Source: Girardia tigrina (taxonomy: Eukaryota). Taken from it: DNA of 57,415 bases. The DNA lies in the NCBI GenBank assembly GCA_001938485.1, contig MQRK01240728.1, positions 25,036 to 82,450 of the forward strand, in the 5' to 3' direction. The notes beneath the pieces are model-generated. The model was not told the origin of the DNA, did no database searches, and saw nothing but the letters and a program-made list of their open reading frames with translations. How positions within the stretch are numbered: the stretch's first letter is position 1; each line of letters starts with the position of its first letter. A program made the position numbers and the translations under genes. Of this stretch, positions 11,511-23,866 are shown one piece after another.

Positions 11511-13894
11511 GTTGGTACTTTAGCTGTACTACCATTAATCTTCCAATGATATTTGAATAAATTATAATCTGTTATTCATTTTGATAAAAATCTCAATATT
11601 TTGGTATTTATATCATTGTGATGCTTATAAATGTCTCTGGAAATAGTTTTATACTTATTAACAGAATGCCTCCTTAATTAAAATCTAAGAATTTGGGAAA
11701 GTTTTCAAAAACGGTCTTTGCTTCCTATGCAGTTAAAAAATTAAATGAAACGTCTTGAAATATTTCGAAAATTTGAATTGTCGGTATTAAACTGAAAGTG
11801 TTGTAATTAAATTTTCCAATGACATTTCAACAGTAAAATGATATTTTAAAAAAACATTACGTAACTAATATTAGGTCATCAAAACCAAAAAAGTGCACAT
11901 CCTTAATTGAAATTAATTTTGCGCCAAAAATTCCTCAGTTTCAAGATTTTATCAAATATTAACAAGTATTTTCATACATCAAGTTATTAACACAGAAGAT
12001 GGAAGTCGGAAAATGCAATGGATCTGATTTGTATCGAGAAAATTAATACATTTTCCCGAAATATAATTTTCCTTTGTGATTAAATCATTTGACGACTGAA
12101 GTGTGATCAAGTTACTTTTGCGATATTAACATCAATATGAGGTTTACAACATTTATTAATATCACAAGCGCATGCACTATTTGACATCTCTCTTGATCAA
12201 TATATTTCTGAGTTCAAACTAATTATTTTCAATAAATGAAAATCTGTTAATAAAAATTATTAATTATAAAGAATTTAATTGGTTGAAATTAAATTTAAAC
12301 ATTTTTTAAAAAAAGAACATATTAAATTAATATATTAAAATTTTAAATTACATTAAAAAATAAATAATACATTCAAAAATTATTTTAAATCTTTTTTACT
12401 TTAAAATCAAATTAAATTATTTTTAATTAGTAAGAATCAAAGAAAATATCAATCATTCATCTGTGCAGGAGAGGCACAATCCGAATCAACATTCTACATG
12501 CACAATATCAACACACAATTCAAAACATTCCTCACATGTGATAAGATCACTATCAGGATATCCAAACGACAGACTTGTCCTAAGCCATTTTAAACACAAG
12601 CACATCATATCATCATAATTATGACTTGATTAATTTGTTACAATAATAATTCTTAATTAAATAATCTCTAATAGATTCAGTCAGTCATTCATTTAACGAA
12701 GTTTTTTCGAAACAAATGCTTTTAATCTAGCACTTGTTGACGATTTTTTTACAAACATCAACTTTTCTCTTTACAAACACCCAATTTGAGTGACTTTCGA
12801 TCTTGGCATTTCGTATTAAAAGTTTATCCTTTTTATTTTGTTTTTAACAATCAATATTTTGTTTACGAAATGAAAAATAATGCAGAATGTCAAGGACGAT
12901 AAATACAAAAACGAGAACTTCTTTCCTGCACTGCAAATTAATTCGGACTGTGTCTCTGGTGTCCCTGTTTACAGTCAACATTTTGTGCCTCATCTCACTA
13001 GAAGAACAGTTCCCCTCGACTTGGAAAAATGCAAATAAATGTCATTTACATTTCTTCTAGGAATAATTATCCCCAAATTTTATCACAGTGATTCTATTTG
13101 TGAATAAAGATCGCATTTCTAATCAGAAATCTCCAAGTCATTGGACTCGCTAAGCAAGAAATAATCTGTTCGGTTAACACTCACTCGTGAACCCCGGCCA
13201 TTGAAGACAAGGGTCAGACGCGAATTTGTATCCACTGTCGAGATTAATTTTAGCGGATTGAGAGTTACGCTATGTCGAGAGTGCAATCTCTCAGTGTTGA
13301 AAATAATAAATCGACTTCTGCACGTACAATGAATAAGAGGAAAATAAATTCACAGAAAAAATGAGTTATATTTTAATTTTACTCGTTGTTTCACGCTATT
13401 TATCGAGAGGAAGTGAAGAAACTGTTTAATGAACGAAAATATAATTATTCATTTAATAAAAACCGATATTTTGTAGCATAATTTGTGTTGTTTATCCAAA
13501 GAAATTCGATCGTAAAAAATATCTTAAAACGGATTGTGTAATTTTGGAAGATGCGCATTTTGTGTTTATCGGTATAATATAAAATTGAAAAAGTGTACTA
13601 GTGATTTCTTGGCTGAGTTAAAGTACCTTTTATTAATTATGGTTGATCGAATTTCGATAAATAATGGGGCTACATGACGAATGAGACTTATGATAAACCA
13701 AAAGAAGCTTTCCAAGTAATAATGCGTGAGTTGGCGCAGCGGTATAGTGGCTGCGGCGCACCGGCGGCGGGGAGCGAGCGTCAGGTCGGGGGACAAATAA
13801 AAAATCATCTCCCATTGTTTTTCGGCGATCCGAGACCCAATCTCGGTGTCATCACTCAAATGTTGTCTGTTAACGAGCATTTCTATAACCAAAT

Positions 13895-14264
13895 ACGACG
13901 GCATTTTTGGTAGAGACCCAATGAAACCATCAGTATTACATCTCTGATCCATCTAGGTAAACAAATTCGAGTCATAATTGTAGCCCGACTCGTCCTTGTC
14001 GTCATTCTAAAACAAAAAATCGTGCATTTGCCCCGATATTCCAATATGTCTCACATTATTCAAACAGTCACTCTTCATTTCATTTAATATCTCCAGAATC
14101 GTTTCGAATATTTTGTCAACATTTCGCTCGTGATAAAATTGCTTTTCATTAATAATCGTGGAATTAATGTCTTTTATCGAAGAGTTCAGTATTGTTTTAT
14201 CTTTGGCATTGCTTAAAATAACTTTTACTGATTCCGTACCGATATCGATTCCGAGGACGTTCAT
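13895..14264 (-). pseudogene. SHPK: Sedoheptulokinase (FGGY family) N-terminal fragment
   Basis: VLGIDIGTESVK, IGISGQMH, and NLFT*MDQRC (TWQDGRC in SHPK) followed by FIGSLP. Two conserved Trp codons are TAG; the sequence is truncated and fused to unrelated DNA. Confidence 0.8.
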
Positions 14265-14994
14265 GCTGGTTGAAGGACGATATCAAACACACAAATATAC
14301 CAAAAAATATCAAATTTTTTTGATATTTTGAAAAATTAATTAAAAATAATTAGAAAAAAATGGCGACTTTCGAAAATCTTTTTGAAACAAGAGAAGTTCG
14401 CGCACAAAAATTTATTTTTATTTCATCAATTAAAACAAATTACATTAAATTCGAATTCCACAGATTATCAACAAAATTCTACGGCCAATCAGAAACGGCC
14501 TCGAATTAAAAATTAATACACACTCACAAGCTCGACAAGAAAAGAAAAAAACACCAATCCCGAACACAGACGCATACACACTCCATTTACAGTTTAAATA
14601 TGCGCCAACAAAACTCAAACAGTTCTTTTTCGCTAGCTTTTTCTTGGAAAAGATTCGACATAGCTTCCAAGCATACCAATACTAATTGGTGACATTCCTC
14701 GTCTCACATTTTGATCTCGTAATTTAAACAATCCAAAAACGATCTATGATTAAAAATATCGTCAAAATACATTTTGGTGAAAGCAATTTTTTAAAACATC
14801 CAATGAATCGATTCGAGCGGATTTTTTATCCGAAGTAATTTTTCCGAGCAACCGAGGTAATAATTGGGGCCCAAACAAAGGTGATGCAATGAAGCTCTGT
14901 TTGTTGAGAGACGCGAAATTCTCTCACGTCATATTACCGCTATCGATTTTGTTGGTTTTAATTAATTAAATTTAAATTTATTTGTTAGGTCACG

Positions 14995-15175
14995 TTGCCC
15001 TAAAATCAATGTTCAATCGGCAGTCTCAACCAGCTTATTGAGAATTTTTGATTAGCATGATTTCATGCAATCGATTACATAATCATCATTTTTGTATTTA
15101 TATACAGNTGAATTGATTATTAATTAGTGACCTGAAGATGACGGTAGATCCGTCGAAATATATTGTCTTAAAATA
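14995..15175 (+). mobile_element. Penelope-like element 3' remnant
   Basis: PKINVQ..LRIFD* resembles the GIY-YIG ORF ends at 17052 and 27548; followed by a hammerhead motif. Confidence 0.6.
15128..15168 (+). ncRNA. Minimal type I hammerhead ribozyme (Penelope-associated)
   Basis: GAC-CTGAAGA-T-GACGG/TAGAT/CCGTC-GAAA-TATA-TT-GTC: intact core, 5-bp stem II, palindromic stem III. Confidence 0.8.
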
Positions 15176-16824
15176 TATTTTTAAATGGATGACTTTGGTT
15201 ATTAAAAGAAGATTTTCATCCGGACTTAATTTTATCAAAGAGATAATGTTTCTTTAATGCTTTCGTTCTTTATTAAAATATCGGAATTCAATATTTCATT
15301 TCCTAAACTCTCAACAAATACGATAATTGACATTTTTCAAAAAAAATAATAATCCGTTTTTAAAATGTGAACAATGAAAATTAATTCTGTATTATTCAAA
15401 CAAATATCAATGGTTATTTGAACAAAACATCGAAATGGAGCAATTGATTCGCTTTTTATTGAAAGCTTTTTAATAATCGCAAAAACAACCGCTTACATAT
15501 TGTTTTATTGGTTTTTAAACTCGAAAATTTTCTTTGGCCGAAAAAGATAATTTTTTGTATTATTAAAAATTTTTATACTCTCAAAACACTGAGACTTTGA
15601 TGAAAAACAGACAACTGTTTAAATGGTGTAAATAGCAGTGGAAATATTAATATAGATCGACTCCATAATGGTGAGCTTTTTGAAAACTTCCATAGAACTA
15701 CATATGATATCAAGGTGATCTAAACTTCAATAAAAGAGCATATTTTACGGATTAAGATGAGATTTTCAAAGCGCCCGCATCAGATTTAACCACTTCACAG
15801 TGCCAAAACTGCCTCAAAAGTAGAAATCAGAATTTCTTCATACGATCTCGATATTACTTCCGCCAAGTCCGAAACTTTATGAAAGTCATACCTGAGTAAC
15901 TCTGCGCTAAAACAGTATGGTATCATGAAGTAAGTGATCAGAGAATCGTTGCAACCCCCGAAAATCCCCAAACTATTCTTTATTGGATTCCTTTTGAGGC
16001 TCTGACGTATTTGGGGCATAGAAGGGACAACCGTGTATTATTCCATATTGGCAAATTTATCGTACCGAAAGTATCTCAATACGATATTTTTGTCATTGAA
16101 TATTGAATTATGATAACTATTTCGTTTTAAGAATAAAAATTTTCTATCAAAACTTTCTGTTTCTTCCGTTTGAAAAAATATATTCCAACAGCAGTCAAGG
16201 AATGTCTTGGGATTCAAAAATAAAACAAAAAAATAAATTTTAATCCATAAAGAGAAAATTAGAAAAAGAAACTTTTAATTCATAAATATAAAGAGACATT
16301 TTGTAAAAATATAATTATTCTCGAAATAAATCCAAAAAGAAACAAATTTGAACCGATCCATTTTCTCAGTTCCAAAATTGGTCTTCCTTCTTTATTCGCA
16401 AAATTTTGTGTCCATTCTATTTTATATTCTTTAGATTTTAATTATTGTTTTATTTAAGCATTTAAAATGTACTAGAGATTAACGTGGTCGTGTAATTTTA
16501 TGCGCCATTTCGGACCCTTTTCCTTATTTTACTCTTTTTGAAATTTTCCCCAAACTTATTATATCATTGTTGATCTTTTTGTATTATATAAGAATGAGAA
16601 TTATTAAGATTTATTCTTTCATTTTAAATTGAGATTTTCATTTTGAATTTTGAATTGAGTTTTTTTATTTATGTTGGAGATTGGTTTGATGGATCAAGAT
16701 TTTAGTTTGCCAGATCCCAAATTAGAATACACTCGTTCTTGTGGGATCATTATTATATTATTACTTTCACTTTCACAAGTAAAATTAATGTTTGGATGTA
16801 AATTGTTTATAAAGTTTACTAGAT

Positions 16825-17165
16825 ACTAGAATTGCAGAACATACCCAATCAAGTAGAAAACGCTCAATTTTGGACCACATAGTGAAATGTCATGGAACTC
16901 AAAGGTGGATATTTGATAATAATTTTCGGGTTTTGATTAGTAACTTTGATCACAATTATGAAAGGACAATTACTGAAGCACTCTTGATAAAGTTTCTTAA
17001 ACCTAGTCTAAATGTGCAAAGTGATTCGTCCAATCATATTAGAGTATTTTGACGTAACACACTGTGACGTAATGGTCATCTTTCTATATAAACAATAACT
17101 TTCTAATTAAATACAGAACTGAAGATGCTACAAAAGTGGTGAAACATGTTTTCCAATAAAAATTT
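16825..17165 (+). mobile_element. Penelope-like element 3' fragment (GIY-YIG C-terminus plus pseudo-LTR)
   Basis: TRIAEHTQSSRKRSILDHIVKCHG...ITEALLIKFLKPSLNVQ, then TATA box, hammerhead and AATAAA. Confidence 0.85.
17115..17154 (+). ncRNA. Minimal type I hammerhead ribozyme
   Basis: GAA-CTGAAGA-T-GCTAC/AAAA/GTGGT-GAAA-CATG-TT-TTC. Confidence 0.75.
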
Positions 17166-17431
17166 AAAATTAAAATGGTGTTATTTTTGTTTAATGACTA
17201 AATTACCATTTGATTCAAAGAAATTAAATTTATTAAAAAAATATAATTAAAAAAAATAATTAAAAAATAATTTATAAAAAAATAATTAAAAAATAATTTA
17301 TAAAAAAACAATTTATAAAACGAGTCTAAAAATTTTTTTATTGAATTGGCGGAGCCTTTTTATTAAATTGGCGGAGCTAAAGCTTTTATTGAATTTTTTA
17401 AATCAATGTCAAAAAAACAGATCTCTAAAAA

Positions 17432-17980
17432 ATGGATAAATCGGATGGAAACAACATTATAGAAAATTATTATAATTATATGGAATTTAAAGATTTTTCT
17501 ACCAATTTCGAAATTTTTTATAACAATTTTATTAACAATTTTAATATCGGGAACCAAGGGCTCCATCCTTATAACGATTTTGTTAAAAATTTTAATAACA
17601 TTTCTAATAAAGGGGGCGGAGCTAAAGCTTTTATTAATGGATTTATTAATGGATTTATTTATGGTTTTAATAATAATCTTATTAACGAATTTGTTAACGA
17701 ACAATATCATGTTAACTATGAAGAATCAATTTGTGAAGAGGATAATCATAATCATATTGTATTCTATTGTATTCTTTGCAATAAATATTTTAAGGGTTGT
17801 CGAAAATTCAAAAATCATTTAAAAACTCGTAAACATTTTAATAATGAAACAAAATTAAAGGAATTGAAAAAAATATATGAGTCCCATTATACAAAATTGG
17901 TTGAAGAGTTTAGACTGAACAGACTGGAAGTTTCTCCTCGGTGTCACACTAGTCCGTTTAGTAAATATGAGAAGATGTAA
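17432..17980 (+). CDS. Asn/Phe-rich protein with a single C2H2 zinc finger, probably part of the Polinton-like fragment
   Basis: FYCILCNKYFKGCRKFKNHLKTRKH; intronless; lies next to the adenain ORF. Confidence 0.6.
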   Translation: MDKSDGNNIIENYYNYMEFKDFSTNFEIFYNNFINNFNIGNQGLHPYNDFVKNFNNISNKGGGAKAFINGFINGFIYGFNNNLINEFVNEQYHVNYEESICEEDNHNHIVFYCILCNKYFKGCRKFKNHLKTRKHFNNETKLKELKKIYESHYTKLVEEFRLNRLEVSPRCHTSPFSKYEKM

Positions 17981-18236
17981 AAAATTGACGGAGCTGACGC
18001 ATTATGTGTAAAGAAATTTTTATTTGTAAAAAATATTAATGTTAAAAGCTTTAAAACGGAGTTTCACTCTAGCTTCGCCAATTTATTGTGATAAAAAAAT
18101 ATTAGTGATAAAAAAATATTAGCGATAAAAAAATATTATTTGTAAAAAATTTTTTCAATCTATTTTGTATTTGGCATCATAGCAAATAATTGTTTTACTC
18201 TTTCATTTAATATATTTTTTTCAATACTTAATTTAT

Positions 18237-18713
18237 TTATAGGAGAATCTTGAGCATGAACTTTTTTTCTAAATTAGCTACAATAATTTCCAACTGATTT
18301 AATCTTTTTATTTCATCACTTAATCGTTTTATTTCAGTATCAACATATTCTTTATTAACTATATGTTTGGGATTATCTGGTTTTTGGAGGCAACTCGCTT
18401 TTCCAGTAATTATTACATCAGTGGCAATTAATAATTTTTTAATTGTACATTCTTTTACAATACACTCTTTTTCAACTAAAAGGTTGTTTTCTACTTTTAG
18501 AATATTGTTTACAATTAAAAAATCTTTTTCCGCTTTTAGAATATTGTTTACAATTAACTCATTACCAATAATCAGATTATGTTTTACAGTTAAGTCAGTC
18601 ACAGAATCTCCAGTTTCATTAATATATCTTTTATCACAAATATTGACAACATCTGCACCAAGTCCATGTAAATCAGTTGATCCAATTTTATTTATAGGAA
18701 TATATGTACCCAT
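18237..18713 (-). CDS. Polinton/virus-like fibre-type ORF
   Basis: Repeated LIVNNILK beta-like units, P.NPKHIVNKEYVD motif (resembles xxNKxYVD of viral fibre proteins), C-terminal coiled coil; tandem with the protease gene. Confidence 0.5.
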   Translation of the reverse strand: MGTYIPINKIGSTDLHGLGADVVNICDKRYINETGDSVTDLTVKHNLIIGNELIVNNILKAEKDFLIVNNILKVENNLLVEKECIVKECTIKKLLIATDVIITGKASCLQKPDNPKHIVNKEYVDTEIKRLSDEIKRLNQLEIIVANLEKKFMLKILL

Positions 18714-18833
18714 TTTTATATACGTTAAAATAGAATAATTGGAATATGAGATTTGAAATAATTATAAAATAGAATATTATTAAAATAAAATAAAAAATAA
18801 AACAAATAAAATAAAATAATTATAGCAACCAGC

Positions 18834-19301
18834 TTATAATAATTCTTTAAAAGTCTCAAATAATTCAGAAACCACCTCATCAGGTTCGGCTTCGCCAAAG
18901 GTATCATTGCTACCGTTCCTGCTGCCATTTTCCAATTTATATAAAACATATAAACATAATTGTCCACAAATTCTTGATCCAAATGGTTGTACTTGGGTGG
19001 AATTATATTCTAAATTGGGAATCAATGAAAATTCTTTTATAGGCACAAGGCCAAAGGAGTCAAAATAATAAATCAAATTGTAGTGATATAAAATCCAATG
19101 AGTACCTTTTTGGTTGTCAGTTTGATAATTTGAAATTATGTTATCAATTATATTATCACTATTCAATTCATCAAGTTCATGTTCATTTCTCATTTTAATT
19201 TTAAAATCAAGATTTAATAATTTTCCAATTCGATATAAATCAAAATTAGTAGTAGTTCCTATTCCAAAAGTTTTTAAAAAATCTAAAATGTTGATATCCA
19301 T
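18834..19301 (-). CDS. Adenain-type cysteine protease of a Polinton/Maverick or adintovirus-like element
   Basis: GTHW, YYFDSFG and QVQ..GSRICGQLC give the H-D-Q-C catalytic arrangement of adenoviral/Polinton maturation proteases. Confidence 0.88.
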   Translation of the reverse strand: MDINILDFLKTFGIGTTTNFDLYRIGKLLNLDFKIKMRNEHELDELNSDNIIDNIISNYQTDNQKGTHWILYHYNLIYYFDSFGLVPIKEFSLIPNLEYNSTQVQPFGSRICGQLCLYVLYKLENGSRNGSNDTFGEAEPDEVVSELFETFKELL

Positions 19302-19764
19302 TTTTAATATACAAATTTAATTGAATAGTCAAAAAAATTTTAAATATAAAGAAAAAAACCTTTTGCAAAATGTGTAAAAATATTATTTATTAAAATCTCC
19401 AACAAAAAGTTAGAAAAAAATACTCATATTAACCACAAAAAATTGAAAAAGTATATATTAAAAAAAGTATCTAAATCTATATGAAAAAAGTTTTTTTCAA
19501 TAGTATTTTTTATGCAAAATGTTCATAAACATTATTTAATTAAAATCTCAAACAAAAAGTTAAAAAAATATTCATATTAACCACTAAAATTAAAATATAT
19601 ACAGTTTTAAAAAAAACATATTGCTTATTAATTTAACAGTAATTTAAGCTAATTTTTTTAGAGATTTCATTTTTATGTGATTATATTTCAATTCAAACTT
19701 TATTATTTATACATTTTTGTGAATTTTATCTATTATTAATTCATATTTTATCCAAACTACTTAA

Positions 19765-22365
19765 GTAATTCATCCACGTTTGGAATTGAGCCGTTCAGGG
19801 TTTCTTTGTATGAAACATGGACGTTAGAGCTTTATCGTCCGTTCTCAATTTAAATTTCTTCCCGTACAGATAGTGGTTGAAATGCTGGCAAAAATAACAA
19901 AAATGCCAAAAGTTCATTCCTAGTTATGCAATAACCTTTTTCATGTGCTGATATTGAATGTGATCCATATGATATTACTTGCTCTTTTCCTGACTCGCCT
20001 ATCTGTGACAGTACCGCCCCTATGCTGTCAAAGTTGGTCTAAGTATCCAAAATAATTTGTTTTTTTGAAATCTGGGAAGCTCAGTATTGGTGCTGTTATC
20101 AACGCTTACTTCATGTCCTTAAACGCTATTTCGCATGCATCTGTCCAGATTAACTTTTCTTTATTTAAACCACACATTCTTTCTAATACTTTAGCTTTCT
20201 TTGCATATCCTTTAATGAATCTTCTATAGTAGTTGCAAATTCCCAAAAAACTCTTCAAATTCTTAATACATGTTGACCTATGTAAATTCTCTATCGCTGC
20301 AATCTTTTCTGGATCTGTCTGTATTCGTTTGTCATTTATTATATGTCCCAGAAATTTTACTTCCGGTCGTAACATCTTACATTTCGTTGGTTTTATTCTT
20401 AGTCCTGTTTGTTGAATCCTCCCAAATACTTCTCTTATCACCTTGTAATGTTCTTCCTTTGTACTTGTTGCTATTAATATGTCATCCAAATAAACTGATG
20501 GCCCTTTCTTTATTGGTTTTAACAACTTTGTCATTAGTTCTTGGAATGTTCCTGGGGCTGCGGCTACACCAAAAGGCATCCATTTAAAATAAAACTGTCC
20601 TGTCTTAGTGGAGAACGCCGTCTTTTCCTGTGATACTTTGTCAAATTCTACTTGATACTATGTATTCCCTAAATCTATTGTACTAACATATTTGGTGCCG
20701 TGTAATCTATCCATCATTTCAGTTATATTCGGCATGGGGAATGCTTGCCGCTTAGTGATTCGATTTAACTGTCTGAAATCCAGATACAATCTGATTTCGT
20801 CCTTGTCCTTTTTTCACATGCACACTATTGATGTGTTCCATTCGGAATTAGATCGTTTTATTATTCCGTTTTTTCCAAGTTTTTTATAGCTTCTTCTAGT
20901 TTGTCTTCCAGATGTACCGGCAGTCTTCTCGGTTTTATGTTTATGTGTCCCCTGTTGTCTCTCTTCGATGTTGTAGCAAGTTTGTACCACCTATATTCCA
21001 ATCGTTTGTCATAAATACTCCTCCATATTCGTGAATTATTTTCTCTAGTGTTTTGTCGTTCTTTGTGTCTATCACTTTTAATGCCTCTTGAATCCGGTCC
21101 TCGTCGTTGATTTCTTTTCCAAATTTAACCTCAATTTTAAATATGTTATTTCTCTCAGTTTCCTGATAATTCCGCTCCTTCCATTGCAATTATATTCCGA
21201 ACTCTTTCATCAATGGTGTTCCTCTGATCATCTCTGGTTTAAAATTTTTCACTATTACAAATCTTATTTTCTCGCCTTTATTTCCAATCTTTACTATAGT
21301 TTCTATTTCTCCTCTGACATCCATTTCCAGTCCATTTGCTGTTGTCAATCCTCATTTGTCTTTTCCATCTTTATGTTATTTAATTTTTTTATATTCCCTC
21401 CGTCATAACGTTCAACTCTGCCCCCGTATCCAGTAAACATTCAGTTTCTATGTTTTCCATTCTAACTTTTACACTCGGTCGGCCCTGTGATTTATCGTAC
21501 GTAATTGGAACAATTTCACAATTATTGATTATCAGCAATTCTCTATCTCCAAATGTTTCCTTTTTTATAAATTTTATGACTTTCTGACTTACTTCTGTTT
21601 CCTGATGGGATTTTGGTTCATTTTGTTCTTTATGATTATTTTTTTAAATTTTATATTATTGATATCAAGTTTATTATTTACTTTATTTATATATGTTATT
21701 TCTTTTCTCGCTCTCCTCCATATTCTTCCTTCTCCATCATCGCGATCTGTCTTCCTTTTTCGAATCCTCTTCTGTAGTCGTCTGAGTTCCGGTTTCCCGA
21801 GCTTTTCGTTTGTACATCTGAGAATTGTCGGCTATCTCTTTTGGTTCTCCTTTGATAATACGTTCTTCCTTGATATCGTTTATTCCAATTCATGACATGG
21901 GATTTTCCTTTCTCGTTTACATTCGCTCCATCTATGTCCTGTTTTTTTACAATTCCAGCATGATATATTGTTTTGTCCTGGATGTCGTCTAACGAAAGTG
22001 TCTCCTTTCTTCATCATGCCTCTTGTCGCTGATCCTCTTTTTACGACGCCCTTGTATGACGCCCTCATTGCGTGTATTGGCCTTTCCATTTCATGGACTT
22101 CATCCACTTTTTTGATGACATTTTTACTTCTTTTATTTCTTTTACCTCTCTTAACTTGATCTCTTTCTTCGCGTCGCTGTACTTCGACCCCTGAATTAGA
22201 AGATTCTTTTCAATTTCTTCTTCTGACCACTTAATTTTGCAGTTAGTCTCTTTGCTTTTGCAAAGTATTCTTCTGCTGGGTCATTCGTTCTTTCGAAATT
22301 TACAGACTTTTCTTTTGAAAAGCATCCCGTAACCGAGCTTCATATCTTTTTGTCTCGACCGATAC
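19765..22365 (-). mobile_element. Degenerate Ty3/gypsy fragment (gag knuckle, protease, RT, RNase H)
   Basis: CWNCKKTGHRWSEC knuckle, CLLDTGAELNV protease (~21410-21445), MPFG..AAPGTFQ, YLDDIL, FLGICNYYRRFI, RNase H remnants; many stops and frameshifts. Confidence 0.9.
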
Positions 22366-22379
22366 ATTCTCATATATAT

Positions 22380-23185
22380 TGAGATGTATATTGAGATATT
22401 TGAGACATTTTTAGATATTTGATAATGAAGTTGATGAACTTCATAATAGGCTTTCTAAAAATGGATTTAATAAAAAGTATTTAAATAAAATCATAAAATA
22501 TACTGTTGAATCCATTTATTTAAAATCAAATAATGCATCAAATATAACTTCGGGAAATGACATTGATAATCAAATGACTATCAATTTAAAATTACCGTAC
22601 TCAGAGAGAGCAAAAGAGTTCAAACGATTTTTAGAACATCGAACACCTGTTGGCTTAAAATTGATAGTAATCTTTTTAACTAATAAATGCGGAAATATTT
22701 TTCCAACAAATCAAAAACTCCTTTGTGTATTAAGGCAAATCTAGTTTATCAATTCAAATGTCACAAGTGCGAAGCCTTGTACATTGGAGAGACAAGTCGT
22801 CATTATCTCCGCACTAGAATTTCTGAACATAATCGAGTAGAAATAGTTCGATATTGAGCCATATGAAAAGATGTAAAGGTAATCTTATGGATTACAATAA
22901 AGATTTTAAAGTGATTTTAAATAATTTTGACACAAATTATGAAATGATTATTGCCGAAACATTGTTAATAAAGCATCATAAACTATGCTTAAACGTGCAA
23001 GGTGATTCATCTAATCATATTAAAGTTTTTTAAATATCATTAAAAGACTTTTTTTTAAGAAAAAAAGCATGTTTTTGAGACGTATGATGTAATAGTTTTT
23101 CAACTATATAAATAGCAATTAATCACTTTATTTCATTGCACTGAAGATGTCGAAATGGTGAAACGCGTTTGTATTGGGAATAAAT
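22380..23185 (+). mobile_element. Penelope-like element, GIY-YIG region plus pseudo-LTR, degenerate
   Basis: LKLPYSE..., ANLVYQFKCHKCEALYIGETSR..LRTRISEH, LNVQ, TATA box, hammerhead, AATAAA. Confidence 0.85.
23137..23173 (+). ncRNA. Minimal type I hammerhead ribozyme (weak stem II)
   Basis: TGCA-CTGAAGA-T-GTCG/AAA/TGGT-GAAA-CGCG-TT-TGTA. Confidence 0.65.
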
Positions 23186-23689
23186 TTAATATTCAAAAAT
23201 TGCCTTTCTTTTCATAAAATATATATATATATATATATGTATATATATTTCTTCATATTAACGTTTGTTTTAATATTTTGATCGTTCATATTATTGCGGT
23301 AACTCCGTAGATGTTTTTAAATGAATTAGCGATAATAGTGTAATGAATTGAAAAATAAAATTATTCACGACTATCGATTTTTATCGTTATTGAAATAAAA
23401 TTAAATGTAAACTGAATCTCATCCACCGAAATCTAATCGGAGAATTTTAGAGAAATCTAAAGTCAATCACAGGAACATAAAGCCGACGAAAATTGTAATG
23501 TTATTTGACAAGCGATTCATCAATTATCAGAGTACGGGAAGCACTGATTCTTCCTTGATATCGGCAAAGTCGGCTCGAACGACTTTAAAATCGAAGTTAT
23601 TGAAGAAAATCCAAGAATCTCTAATATCTCCGTCAATTTCCGAGTCAATAACCAAAGAAGAAAGATAAATGATAGAATTCTTCCTGTGG

Positions 23690-23866
23690 CAGGTGCACCC
23701 AGAAACTGGAATCTGTGGCAAAGCCATGCCGTGAATGATGCGTTTGAGCGGATTGCAAGTCAGGCCAGTCGATTGGTGCATTACAACAAGGAGTCGACGA
23801 TCACGAGCAGGGAGATCCAGACGGGAGTGAGATTGCTGTTGCCGGGAGAGTTGGCTAAGAACGCCG
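23690..23866 (+). pseudogene. H2B: Histone H2B internal fragment with frameshifting deletion
   Basis: [13 protein letters not shown], then (after a deletion) [45 protein letters not shown]. Confidence 0.9.

Noticed and set aside
11690-12200. Possible decayed DNA transposase (LGHQNQKSAHP)
   Set aside because: Too degenerate to assign by eye.
9918-12560. Cys-TGA before the conserved motif as selenocysteine recoding
   Set aside because: No SECIS-like structure is evident, and the frame after TGA is not preserved between copies.
13674-13913. Weak histone H3-like look (AFQVIMRELAQ)
   Set aside because: Similarity is limited to a few residues and the rest of the histone fold does not align convincingly.
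15740-16210. Coding-like minus-strand block (similar blocks at 44700-44960, 46680-46970 and 48900-49380)
   Set aside because: Probably further gene or TE fragments, but no recognisable motif supports a call.
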